Shown here: piece by piece, positions 63,713 to 64,000 of the stretch | How positions within the stretch are numbered: position 1 is the stretch's first letter | Layout: each line of letters opens with the position of its first letter | Assembly: GCA_965205675.1 (NCBI GenBank) | Contig: OZ242186.1 | Location: 960,001-1,024,000 of the forward strand | Direction of reading: 5' to 3' | Length of the DNA: 64,000 bases | Source: Nitrosopumilus sp. | GTDB lineage: Archaea; Thermoproteota; Nitrososphaeria; Nitrososphaerales; Nitrosopumilaceae | The notes under the pieces: generated by a model | The model's database searches: none | Seen by the model: the letters and a program-made list of their open reading frames with translations, nothing else | What the model was told of the DNA's origin: nothing | Position numbers and translations under genes: made by a program

Positions 63713-64000
63713 ATTATTTTTTAGATTTTGATTTTTTTACAGGTTTTTCTTCTAATTCTTTTTTGATTTCATCTGCCTTGTTATCTACTGCTTTGATGAT
63801 CTCTTGAATAAGTCCATCCAAATCACTATCTTCGGCGTTTGGCTCTATGGTACTTGCAATTTCAGTAATTGTTGATGATATTTCAGAACTTACATCTTCA
63901 AAACTTTCAGGATCTTCATATGCTGCGTCATAGAGGTTTTTTAGATTATTGACATGGCCTATTACTTGTTCTGTTAGTACAATTCTATAATCAGTTCCAT
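63713..64000 (-). CDS. Hypothetical protein, 3' part (cut by window edge)
   Basis: Open frame GTDYRIVLTEQVIGHVNNLK...KPVKKSKSKK*. Confidence 0.6.

Noticed and set aside
1-64000. tRNA or rRNA genes
   Set aside because: No GC-rich cloverleaf or rRNA-like segment was recognised by eye; a tRNAscan/Infernal run would be needed to exclude them.

Overview
AT-rich archaeal window, most likely Nitrososphaerota/Nitrosopumilaceae (inferred from the type II GAPDH, thrC, trpEGDCB, Hrq1-like helicase and archaeal TATA-like motifs). It is heavily invaded by insertion sequences (5 near-identical IS66 copies, 3 intact IS630 types plus remnants of a fourth, 2 ISH3, IS3, IS5, IS110, IS481-like, 2 MITE families), with deep nesting and many pseudogenes. 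The left half is a defence island. It holds (i) a DISARM-like operon whose DrmA helicase and DrmB DUF1998 are fused in one 2181-aa protein, followed by a PLD nuclease (DrmC-like), an unknown 499-aa protein, a Cas4-like nuclease and a truncated HNH-like gene, with PIN and McrC-like genes upstream and no adjacent methylase. It also holds (ii) a 4413-bp unit transposon with perfect 78-bp terminal inverted repeats and an 8-bp target duplication. This element encodes a SWIM-finger/IS6-like DDE transposase, an AbrB-like regulator and a complete MvaI-like type II R-M system, and is inserted in a type III Res gene that lies next to an older end of the same transposon family. At 36.4-39.1 kb two tandem IS110 elements carry homologous structured right-end non-coding regions with short matches to their own target flanks and end junction (candidate archaeal bridge/seekRNAs). 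The right half is mostly core genes interspersed with IS debris. All calls come from manual motif reading; no database searches were run.
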